Assembly (NCBI RefSeq): GCF_000150275.1
Contig: NW_002060958.1
Span: 1,320,088-1,384,087 of the forward strand
Direction of reading: 5' to 3'
Source of the DNA: Trichoplax adhaerens
Taxonomy: Eukaryota; Animalia; Placozoa
DNA length: 64,000 bases
Shown: positions 52,801 through 64,000 of the stretch, in pieces
How the letters are laid out: each line of letters starts with the position of its first letter
How positions within the stretch are numbered: the first letter of the stretch is position 1
Notes under the pieces: model-generated
Database searches by the model: none
What the model was told of the DNA's origin: nothing
The model's input: only the letters and a program-made list of their open reading frames with translations
Translations under genes and position numbers: made by a program

Positions 52801-55800
52801 CTAAAGAAGAGGCGAAGCTAGCATTTCAGTTGGAATACTATGGTCTTACAGGTAAGTAACATACCGTCATACCCTTATTTTTCAATTATTGTTGGACCTT
52901 CAAGTCTATTACACGATATTTGTATATAATTTACTCGCGTTTTATCGCGTTTTAATATGATATGCTACATCGCATAATGCATCTTTCTTGCATGCAGGCA
53001 ATCGTTTTGGAAAAGATGTTGAATTCAAGCTGAAAATAGACCGTGGATTTCCTACAGGGATTTGTTCATGGGGTTTTAAGGTTTCGAGTTCATTAACTAG
53101 AAATGTATTGCAAGTAGATAGTTGACTAGAGTTACTAATTTTAGATTAACGTATTGCTAACTTATGGATTAGCTACGTGATCTAAATTATGACGTTTTAG
53201 TTATGGAAGATGTGATAAATTACTTTAGTAATAGTCTAAAATTCTGCGTGTACTCAACTTTAGAAGCTTTTAAAGCATTCCATGAAATTTAGTTCTGAAC
53301 TAAATCTATTTCTAGGATTCAGAGGCTATGAAATTGCAACAACTGCTTTACTACAGTCCCTCTGAACGTATTAAAGGACCTATTCATAAACTCTTACAGC
53401 TCCTTTTTGATGTGAAAGCTATGCAATTTTCTATCGTTCAATCCGAGGTATAATAATCTTAATAAACTAACACGATATATTAAACGTAAAAAAATAATGT
53501 GATCCAATAACTATTTTAGATCGATGCCGAAAGATTAAAATTGAAAGATTTGACAGCTGATAGACTGGTAGAGGCCTCAAAGTTGCTTGATGAAATCGCA
53601 GAGGTTGATAGAGCCACCCTACATAATATGATGGCAGTGTTGTAATGACTATATGAATAGAAATGAGTAATTTGTAATTATCTATGAAAATGGATAAGTA
53701 TTACATTAGCTACCGGTTCTAGTTCTATCATGGATGACATTATGATCTTAAAGTTAGAGATAAGTAAAGCTAGTCTTTTCCTTCCGAAAAATACTATAGT
53801 AAATGGCCTTGTGCGATGAAAGCGTCATATCTTTTGCGTTTTCTTCCTATCTATAACACTGCAAACATATCTTCTTTATTTTTATCCTTCTAATAATTTA
53901 TTGTAGCACTGTGGCTCTCTATAATTTAATTTGTAGTTCTCTAGATGTCGTAAAACAAAATTGTATTGTTTAGATAAAGAAAAGTTGCAAGACTGAACAA
54001 AACAACAAAAAAAACAAATTGAAGGAAATTGAAAACAGGATCAAAAAACTCTGTGATATTATACCCAGAAAACCGTTTTTTGATTTAACACATGCGAATC
54101 TATCTGATCTTGATGATGATGTAAAATATAGAGTTAAAAATTTTAGCTAAGTGATCTAGTATAAGATAGTAGAAACCGTAAATTAGTATGTATTAGGAAC
54201 TTACTTATTACTTGATATGATTTAACATCAATATAGTTGATACAATGTCGCTATGCATTGGAAGATTTGAAAGATATATTGGTAGCTTATGAACTGCTTG
54301 AATTTGTTGGAAAATCAACAACTGATCCTATATCGAGTCTTTACCAGAGACTTAAAACCAATATTGAGGCAGGTTTACTTATTTCTTAAACTCTTTTAGG
54401 AGTATCCTTGCTACAATAAGGTTTCATTGAAATGTTTTTAAGGAATAATAATATTATTACTATACTCTAATTTATAGGTTCTGGATCATGATAGCTATGT
54501 ATTTAACATGATCAAAGCGTACGCGAGAAATGGTTTTCGATATCCAGTGAATAAATACTATTCAATCTCCGTTGAGGAGGTACGATCGAAGTGGATGTAA
54601 TGATATAGTAATCAAAGTCAAAGGTATTAATGCTAAATTCCGGATTCAACTAAATAGGTATTCAAAATAAACAGCAAAAGAGACGATGAAAAATTCAAAG
54701 CTATTAATAATACGGATAACAGAATGTTACTATGGCATGGATTTCGAACTATTAACTACGCTCAGATATTATCGCAAGGAATAAAACCAGTACCTGAGAA
54801 ACTTGATGGAACTGTTAGTAGATAAAGTCTTAATTGCTTTTCGATATTGTTTGTTACAGCAAAATATTAATATTCACGAATCTAACCACTCTCATAATAT
54901 TCATTAATAACTAACGCATACACTTAAATGCAAAAATAAACTTTTCATGTAATATAGATTAGTGATTTTAGTTGCATAGCGTTACCAAAATCGTTGGCAA
55001 TCAAATTTAGTGATCGAGTTTAGACTAGTCCTATAATATAATTAAGCACTATGTTATCTAAATTGTTATTGGATGATATATTACTGCAATAATATATTAT
55101 TTTTGATTGTTTGAACATTAATCTTGTTAGGATGAATATAATTTTGCATTACTAGACCGATTTAGCAGCTTTCTTTGAACATAACTGTTGCAGATAAAAT
55201 AAATACTAGTGTTATGTAGTAAATTGATAATGTTATACTTCTGCATTACTGTAAACTCTGTATCAGTGATTGCTATCGGGAGAAAATTCTACTAATTGTA
55301 CTTTATGCAATTATTTCTCAATATTCATAAAGATGCAGTATAACAGATTTGCCGTTTTATCATTCATATTTTTAGTACGGACTGACGTGTGCATTAAGAT
55401 ATTTAATCATGAACTTTGTATAGCGCTAAATAAAGTTACATTGTGGTTTTCGCTTTTGCACTAATGCTATTATGACCATTTTCAGAAATGCTTTCCTGTA
55501 GGCAAGGCACTCTATTTTACTGGTAATGAAACTGTTAGACTGCTCTGTGCCTTATTCGTGATTCAAAATTTAAGACTAAAAATACAATCATTTCTACTTT
55601 CTGTTTAGATATCATGTGGGAGGTAACAGAACTTAACTACTCAAAATGAAGAGAGTTCTGTACTAAACTAATGTTCTTTAACGAATAATTAGATCACAGC
55701 AAGTTTCTTGGAAACTTAATTTCCAAATACTGCATTTGTTATTATTTAGAGCGCGAGCCGATGTGAAACTACAGCCAGTAACCCTGTCGGATTATTATTA

Positions 55801-56416
55801 CTCTGTGAGGTCGCTTTAGGTAAAATGTAAGTTCGAATTTTGAATAAGCAGATTCGATTCGTTGGAGTTCTTGGTATAGTTGATAACTTATTTTACATTG
55901 ATGAGAAATTTTAAGCTAATGAAATGGTTACTTTTTTGAAAAGTGTCCTAGTTTGAAGTTTATATTCTATTTCTTGTGTGATTACAGGCATAAAATGAAT
56001 ATAGAATCTTGCAAACTTAATCAGAAACCCAAACTACCTGAAGGAACTGACAGCTTTAAAGGTAAGCATTACGAATTATTTAAAACCATGTCCTTGATAT
56101 ACCATTTAGTAAGAACTATAAATTCTCCTCTAACTTAGCGGTAGGTGGTTACGGACCAGATCCAGCCGGAAACAAAATAATAGATGATGGTATTACAGTT
56201 CCCTTAGGCAAGATAATTCCAATTAAAGCCTATTCTCCAATTTCCAGCAGGTATATGATAAATAAAATGATTTTTTACACACTCCTCTTATACCTGACGT
56301 TCTAATTATACTGAACCAGTCATGAATTTGACTCCGATAGATATGTCGTATACAATATGGAAAAAGTTCAAATCCGATATTTGGTTCAAGTAAAATTTGA
56401 CTATTTCGATGTTTAG
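49831..56416 (+). CDS. Divergent PARP1-family protein: PADR1/Zn3 - BRCT - degenerate WGR - helical domain - ART domain (~24 exons)
   Basis: GMAFGAELICPRC...ACNHPAC...KKSWKVP (Zn3). PLGDIQISIIGNL...LGASI...PIVAEEFI (BRCT). LLQLLFDVKAM and DPISSLYQRLKTNIE (helical domain). NRMLLWHG, GKALYFTD, GLLLLCEVALG, GITVPLGK and YVVYNMEKVQIRYLV (ART). Frame is continuous across the exons checked. The start may extend further upstream. Confidence 0.88.
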
Positions 56417-58285
56417 AAGCCCTTATTAACCAATCCGGCAATATTTTACATAAATGTAAGGTAGTTTGTCTTAAATAATTTGCAACAAGATCGGTAAACC
56501 TAAGAGTTTCGATCCAACCTACTACTTTACTGTAAATGTTAGTCTCTAACAGACTCAGTTTACTCATAATATAAATTACTTTATTGTAAAATTTGGCCTT
56601 GACATTGAAGACAGGTCTCAGTATCTACCGTATCAGCTAAAAGTACTAATTCATAGAAATTTAAAGAAATATATCACAAATAGTATCGTAGGCTTACATA
56701 AGTTATTAATTAGTCTATATTGTTTGCGCAGCTACAAGGGCAGCAAACTTGTTATTAATAGAAAAAAATTAAAGTAAAGCATCAAGTGCATGAATGGAGC
56801 CATAAACTCCTTGAAATACAGTCACAAAACTATGATTTAATAGCTAGTTATAATTTTCTTTTCTGCTTTACATGCCATCTCATTATAACTTTGGATACAT
56901 TATCATAATCAGTCTAATTGAAATCTTTTCCAATTCCACGAGATTACTAAATTTAATAATTTGCTACTTACGTAACTTCAGAGTGCTGTTTAGATATTGG
57001 AAATTAACAAAGTTACCATAAATTAATTTATCCTACTCAGATGTTTGTATGCAGATAGTTGGTGATGACTTACGTTATTATCAATTTTATTTTAGATCTT
57101 GTGAATGATTGCTCTAAGCCAATGAGATTAATTAGGATTAATTAAAATCCAAGCAAAGACTATTCAAATAACTATTCATAAATATTTGGTAAATTTGTAT
57201 AGTATATTTCGCCTCTGATTATGCTCGCCTATGAATTTTGAAGGTTTTAATTTTTCCATTGGAATACCAGCAGAGGCGGAATATAACATACGAACATTTA
57301 TAATAGTAGCAACATATTGTCATATGAATTCTCGTATGATTTGACAATATTTGCATATTTACGTTCTAATATTGCGATATGCCTCTGTTCATATTTAAAA
57401 CCTCGTAACATGTGACAGAGATTTCAATAAATCTGTAAGTTTAGATGTAGCAGTCGTTATCAAAATGAATGGAAGATTAATTCTTTATTATGCCCTATAT
57501 TCCATTTTAGACGAAAAATTTCTTTATGTTATTGTGCAAGTTGTTGTGAAAGTATCATGAGTAAAGTTGGAAGTAATAACAACGACTGATATATGGAACT
57601 AAAATTAATCGCATTTATACAGTAAAATAATTTACGCGTGGAGATTGTAGTTTAAGACATTAAAAAAATGGCTATACTTTAATAATATAGATTGCAAGTT
57701 ATCTGAAATTATCCTACACTGCCACCTTCTATTCCTTATTCATTTTAACATATAATTATTAAATATCTCCAAAGGTTCTTATAGAAACATATTTATTCAT
57801 TTTATTTTGCTTGCTGCTTCATACTCAGTCTCGGCTAGATATTGTATCAGAAATAAATATTAGATGGCCCATCTAACATTCTATCATAATTTATTATATG
57901 TGTTGCGATTTACCTATGAATATACTAGGGTAAATTATGACTTCTTTTAGCGATAATAACGTAATCTTAATGGAATTGAGACGAGAGAAGGGTGCTTGTT
58001 AAATTGTAAACTACTCTGCTGGTACTAAGTATTGTAAGGCAAAATTTTATCCCAAGAACCAAACTAAGTCGGTCCAATCTTCTTAAATTTTAAGCTATCT
58101 TAGTAAATTAGCTCAAAAACTACGGTACTCCCATTAGTTTTACCATAAATAGTCCATCAGAGTGTTACAAAATGAAGTGCTTTATTTCGTAGATACTTGC
58201 ACAAAACTGACCCAGTAATCAAATGGTTAACCACAGACTGACTAACTGATTGGCAAATTACTGTCATGCAGTAATTTATATATGC

Positions 58286-58378
58286 ATATGAACGAGACCG
58301 GATGCGAAATCGGTCATTTTTGCAAAATGCCCGGGCAGTTTACAAAATGACCGATTTCGCATCCGGTCTCGTTCATAT
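58286..58378. repeat. 93-bp near-perfect palindrome (foldback)
   Basis: 35-bp perfect outer arms ATATGAACGAGACCGGATGCGAAATCGGTCATTTT, centred on the palindrome TGCCCGGGCA. Confidence 0.95.
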
Positions 58379-60470
58379 ATGCTACGATTCCATTCCGATA
58401 AGTTTAATCAGTTAACTCGATATGATATTATAAGACTGACTACACATAATACAGTACTTTTACGAGTTATTATGGTAAGGTAACAATGATATGTTGTAAT
58501 CCAAATATTAGCTCGTTGCATAGTTATGACATAAGTCGTTAGCAAGAACGAACTTTGAACTAATAACTAGTGGCTATTGACCAATAGTAGTTCTTCGATT
58601 TCTATATTCTACTAGCTTCTATCTCAACTCAGTTAGCGGATGATATCATTTTTTCCACATTTGATAGGCGATTAGATTTTATCTTAACATTAAGTTTACA
58701 ATATTTACTTACTCCAAATTAAATTTCGGCAGCTATTTGCAATAAATCAAAATAATATAAAAAAATATGCTTTATAATTGCCTTATAAAGACGCTCTTAT
58801 TAAAACTAAGTCAAAAATCTCTTTTTAAATCTCAATCTGGCTAGAACTTTCAGTAGTAAATTCAACCCATAACGGCGGATTTTCTACTGATGCAAGGTAT
58901 ACCGCGAAGTAGAAGAAGTAATTACATAAAAATCCAATAACAGGCAAAAGCAGATTAGAGAAATAATCATCTTAAAATACTACTTCAAATTCATATGTAC
59001 TTCATCGCAGAAAACTGTCGTGTGGTTAATAATGTATCTAGATGTTAAGTAGATATAGAATAACATTTTCTACCTCTTGTAATATAACAATCGTATAACT
59101 TAATAAACTTTCAGTTAGCAAAATTACTTTTCGTGTAGATAAGTCCCAAGAGGCTAACGTACTTTAGACTGTAAAGTGATAAATTAAGGCATGAAAACAT
59201 TTCTCAATGAAAAATTTATGTGTGAAAGATTGCTTAACAATCTATTATATTGCAACTCAGAATTAAGACAATGCAATCCATAAATGACTCGTATATTTCA
59301 ATCCAGTATCTTATAGCTGAAAATATATATGCAGATCATTATTTATAAATGCTGCATTTGAAGGATTCTAAATATTCATTAATTGATACTGAACGATATT
59401 TTCGATTTAATAACTGAGAGTTAATCTATATGCATCTGCATTTGTAGAAATCAATATATCATAAGAATAAATAAGAGTTTATATTTTATTTTATAGTTTT
59501 CTGTCTTTATGTGTTAAGAAATGATAATAATTTTATTATCTCCATTCATTTAATTAAGATTCTCAACGCCCTGTCTGTCATTTCCAGTTATTGTAAATGA
59601 GCTAGCTAGCAATGGTAGGTGTGCCAGGCGTTTTATCATGTTATTCCTTAGAATATTCTATTACACTAATGACGTTTACTTTGAACCATAAAGATATTTC
59701 AAAGCTACGCTTTGAACTCCATAGTAGCTTAATTTACTCTAAAATTTACTGGTATTATGATAATAAATGTTCTATTGTAAATTAAGATATGAAAAGTACC
59801 ACTTTTAAATAATAACGAATAAAGGATTGATTTATTTTACGCTGTAATGGTCAATTCAATAGATGAGATATGAATATAATGTACGAGATACTGTAATAAA
59901 CTTCATTACAGTAATTACAATTAATCCTAAACTTAACAAGAGATACAAGTTAATTAGGAAGCAACAACCTAAAAATAAATCGTACACAATATTCATATCT
60001 CCTTCATATGTTGATTTTATGACTGTGAGTAAAAGTAATGATTATTTAATTTTGCAAGGCTAATATATTGTTTACAACAAAAATTAATTTAATTGCTTTT
60101 GAGAACAAACGATCGTACATATACTATGACGCCATCAAGAAAGACTGACAAGTAGACTCAACCCTATTAATGATATCGAACAATGGCTATATTTATTTAC
60201 TGCTATTTTGCATATTTTAACGACCAAACTTTAGTTGTGGAATGGCAATTAGGAAGTTGCTATTATGAATGATAATTGTAAAGTTAGAAGTAATATTTTT
60301 AGCGAAATTTTTTTCAAGAAAAATCTCAAACAAATAAAACTTGCTTATGTCTGATTGTTGTTTAATTATATAAAAATAATTAATGCAAGGAAAGTTTAGT
60401 AATCGACTGTGCTTCACACAGTGTTATTCGATTCTAAGATAACATTTTTGTTTGTTAAAAAGGTTCAAAA

Positions 60471-60979
60471 ATGAATTTGAAATTGGTTTTGATTGCTTGC
60501 TTGCTCTTTGCCGCTACGGTTTATACCGAAGAACACGATGAAATTCCGGAGGAAATTGAAAAAGAATTAGCGGATATTCAAAATGCCATTGAAGATCGTA
60601 ATAATGAAGAAAACGAAATCATCGAAAAAGATGCAGAACTTGCAGATATCGATGAAGATGACTTAAAAAAAGAAGCAGTTAAATCTGCGGTAAAATTCTA
60701 CAATACTATTTCTTAACAGATACTTCAATAAGAGCGCTTTTACAGAAGATAAATTAAAAGTTATCTCTATTAATATTTAAAAAATTAAAGCCTAAAATTT
60801 TGTGTTTTTTTGGACAAATCTGAGAAGATTAGAAAGTCAACTGAATTTAATTTCTTTATTCATTATATTTTATTGATCAGTGGTGGAGAAGACGCCGTCG
60901 TCGACGCCGTAGACGCCGCAGACGAATTTTCCTTACCCGACGTTCATGGTGGAACCAACGAGTACCTGTAGGCAAATAA
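60471..60979 (+). CDS. Secreted prepropeptide (105 aa): signal peptide, acidic propeptide and poly-Arg/Trp cationic peptide with amidation signal; candidate antimicrobial peptide (exons 60471-60689 and 60881-60979)
   Basis: MNLKLVLIACLLFAATVYT signal, then a 54-aa D/E-rich pro-region ending EAVKSA. A phase-0 GT-AG intron joins to WWRRRRRRRRRRRRRIFLTRRSWWNQRVPVGK*. AATAAA at 61181. Confidence 0.85.
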
Positions 60980-61580
60980 AAGGAAGAAATGGAATATAGC
61001 TGTCTTCAACTAGTAGCAGTAAAAACTTTTCCATAGCAATTTTTAGCTGATTATGTCAAATGGAACACCATTGTGATCTTAAACTGCTAAAACGTTTACT
61101 ATAGACTACTAACTACGTCGGTAGTAACATTACTGAAATGTAGGTTGAATATCAATTTATATTTTGCAATAGATTTAGTCAATAAAGTCTCATTTTGGCA
61201 ACAATTTTAAATAATTATGTCTATGAACTACGAGTAATTAAGCAATATGATGGAATATCTATAGGTAATATAGGATGTGTAAGATGCCTACGATAGTACC
61301 TAAAAATTAATCTATAGTTAGTTAAATGAGCATACATGCAATCAGTAATAAATGTAAAGTATGCTATGTTTTTATACTGTAATTATTTCGGGCTGTATTA
61401 AGCTCTGGGAGTCAAACCCAACCTTCAGATTGAAGGAACTTGTTAGTTCAGATTTCGCAGTAAGAAATTAACTTTTTACAGAGCTCTACTGAAGACTGTC
61501 TGATGCATAACTGATATGCAATTAAAAATCTTAACTTGAATCTTAATCCTGGAACCCGTAAATAATGTATATTAGGATAT

Positions 61581-62075
61581 ATGAATCGATTAAATATAGA
61601 GATTACTTAATCAGGATTCCCGAAGTAAATTACAAAGACTAAATAGACACACGATCCCCAAATAAGTATAAAACTGGTGAATGAAATAGTATTATCGAAA
61701 AGCTGTTGAGTCACAGCAGGTGAATAAAGATGACTTAAGCAGCAAAGCAGTCAAATCAGCGGCAAGGAAGTTCAGAATTTATCTATCGATGTACATCCAA
61801 CTTGTTTTAACAGTTAGACTAGTACAATAGCGAAATGAGAAAATTTTACTAAATTAGCGTATAGATCGAGATGCTTTCAACTAAAATATACCATATAAAC
61901 TTTCACTTAAAGTCATTTTCCAAGTTTTGTATGCTTAAAGCGTATCATGCATTATATAACGATAAAAAATCATAACATCTAGCTTACGATATTTTTTTAA
62001 TTATCAAGTATGTTCTGTTCCTATCTAGCTATCGAAACACTGACGGCCTTAATCAGGAAGTTACCTGTAGGATAA
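61581..62075 (+). pseudogene. Decayed paralogue 2 of the cationic prepropeptide
   Basis: Relic DDLSSKAVKSA (cf. DDLKKEAVKSA) at ~61729-61761 with the donor changed to GC. Relic last exon ...LIRKLPVG* at ~62049-62075 (cf. QRVPVGK*). Stops and frameshifts upstream. Confidence 0.65.
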
Positions 62076-63294
62076 AGCGTAAAGGTAGTACCAATAATAT
62101 CGCTATAGAAACTAGTACTAGAAGGGCAGTTCAAATTTATAGCATGCTACGAGATAGAGATATCGAAGATGGGTAAAAGTTCTTAATGTTTTGTAATATC
62201 TTTCTATATAATAACCTCCGATACGACGTGTACTATAGTCACAGAATCTTTAGGATTTTATGACGATTTGGAGCGTCGACAGTTTGTCTACAATTAAAAT
62301 AAAAATTGTCATGATAGTTATTGTCTGTACTCCTAAATCTAACTACACTTAATGCTCTGATGGTCAGCCATGATGCATATGCGAGCTGTTCAGCAATAAT
62401 GGCAGTTGCTCTATTGAAACCCTTATTTCATCGGTAAGGCGACAGTAGGGGTTTCAGTTTAAATAGCACGTAAGATATGAAAAGCACAACTTCACATAAT
62501 TCTAAATAAACCGTCACTTCACTGTATACTTTATATGCTATCCAACAGGTGTATTATAGATGTAAAGTATGAGATACTATAGTCTGTAGCAGAGTTTAAT
62601 AATTACCTGTATGATTAATTCAAGTATGAGAGCAGATTAAGCTCGAAATAGATTGCAATAATCTTAAAATTAAATCGTGCACAAGATTAATATTTAATTC
62701 ATGCTGAAATTGATGGTTTATATTGAAATGTCAATTGTTTACCCAGGCAAGGCTAATAATGTATTTGTATGAGATAATATCAATTCAGTCGCTTTAGAGA
62801 ACAAATATTTGTGCAATTATCATCGCCAGACGAAAAGGGATTGACCCACTGACTAGGTCTTATTGATTTAATCCAACAACGTTAATTTATTATATCTTCA
62901 TATTTAACTTATTTTAACGACCAAACTTTATAATGAAATGACATTTAGAAAGTAGCTGTAATAAATGATCTTGTGAAATTAGAAGCATTGCCGATTACAA
63001 CTACTAGTTGCAATGCTTACTGTCTAGTTAAAACGTGTATAAGTAACTACTGAAAATTACTATTTAATTCTTTGTGTTGCAAAATATTAGGTATGGGAAT
63101 TAAAATAATTTTGACAACGTCATAGCGATGTTTCTTCAAAAATATCTGTACGAAATAGAACTTTCTTTTAATGTGATTGTAATCTTACTGCATAAATATA
63201 ATTTAAAAGGGGTACATTATTGATCAATTGTACCGTATATTGCGGTGTTAGATTTGTGTTTAAGGAATATTGTTGTTATTGAATGTGGCTCAAA

Positions 63295-63430
63295 ATGAAT
63301 TCCAAAATTAGCTTTGATCGCTTACTTACTCTATATTCGCTATGGTTTATGCCGAAATACACGATGAAATCTCAGAGAGATTAAAAAAGAATTAGCAGAT
63401 ATTCAAAATCCCACTAAGGATCGTGATTAT
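63295..63430 (+). pseudogene. Frameshifted, truncated paralogue 3 of the cationic prepropeptide
   Basis: ATGAATTCCAAAATTAGCTTTGATCGCTTACTT...CACGATGAAAT...AAAGAATTAGCAGATATTCAAAAT aligns to 60471-60605 with indels. Upstream 62910-63200 also aligns to 60215-60390. Confidence 0.85.
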
Positions 63431-64000
63431 ATGCGAAGTGAGAAGAACTTGACTTCAGTATTATGATTGTGTGTATGCTAGTTTCTCATTGATGAAACCA
63501 ATAAGCGTTCGGCTTAGTACTTGGATTAACTCGAACACAAGCTTGGTAAGTGATGAGATATCCATGAGTAAATTAGAAAAGACAAAGACTACTAGGGACC
63601 TTCACAGAGTTGATTTTGCAGAACTATACCAGCGTTATCAAAGTCTTATTCAATTACGGGTGTAGCGATGCAACCATATTTGATTATACGGATAGCTACA
63701 TTTGATATAGTTAGGTTACTTTGAATAGATATTACCGTGAAGCTAATATTAGATAATTGCTAACTACTATATTAGAAATTGCTGATGACTAATAGTAGCC
63801 AGTTGACTAATTATGGTACAAGATTTATGTAGCTAGAAACACTATAGTTGTTGAAATGCCCTTCGGAGAACGGGCCTAGACATTAATAGAAGAGTAGTGA
63901 CATCTCGATTAAAATGATTTAGATTGTAGAAAATAATGATGTCCTATTAGAGAAAAGTATTTTGTTTGATGATTTATGTCTGATTGTAGATTAATCAAGT

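Noticed and set aside
60690-60716. Unspliced ending VKFYNTIS* of the secreted ORF
   Set aside because: Begins at a GT donor. The spliced product gives a coherent precursor, and relic 2 conserves similarity only up to KSA and again at PVG.

Overview
AT-rich, intron-dense eukaryotic (animal) DNA. Short introns and gene content suggest an early-branching metazoan such as a placozoan, which is an inference. Contents in order: (1) two tandem TRPA1-like ankyrin-repeat channel genes (4492-16523 and 19375-30099, +), with alternating near-identical and diverged blocks, both lacking the electrophile-sensing cysteines; (2) five solo LTRs with clear 5-bp target-site duplications (one with a single mismatch), two weaker candidates and a Helitron-like end; (3) an orphan, largely disordered protein gene (34176-35459, +); (4) STT3B (37740-43322, -) with nearby tandem-repeat arrays; (5) an intact but highly derived PARP1-like gene (49831-56416, +) with no detectable Zn1/Zn2 and with the WGR motif, the Zn3 Trp, Y907 and the catalytic Glu replaced; (6) a 93-bp palindrome; (7) a small secreted prepropeptide gene (60471-60979, +). 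The second exon of that gene is missed by the ORF track and encodes WW-R13-IFLTRRSWWNQRVPV-GK, an amidation-competent poly-arginine peptide behind a charge-matched acidic propeptide. Two decayed paralogues follow it. The poly-arginine peptide cluster and the derived PARP are the strongest candidates for undescribed biology. All exon structures were assembled by hand from splice signals and reading-frame continuity; no database search was run.
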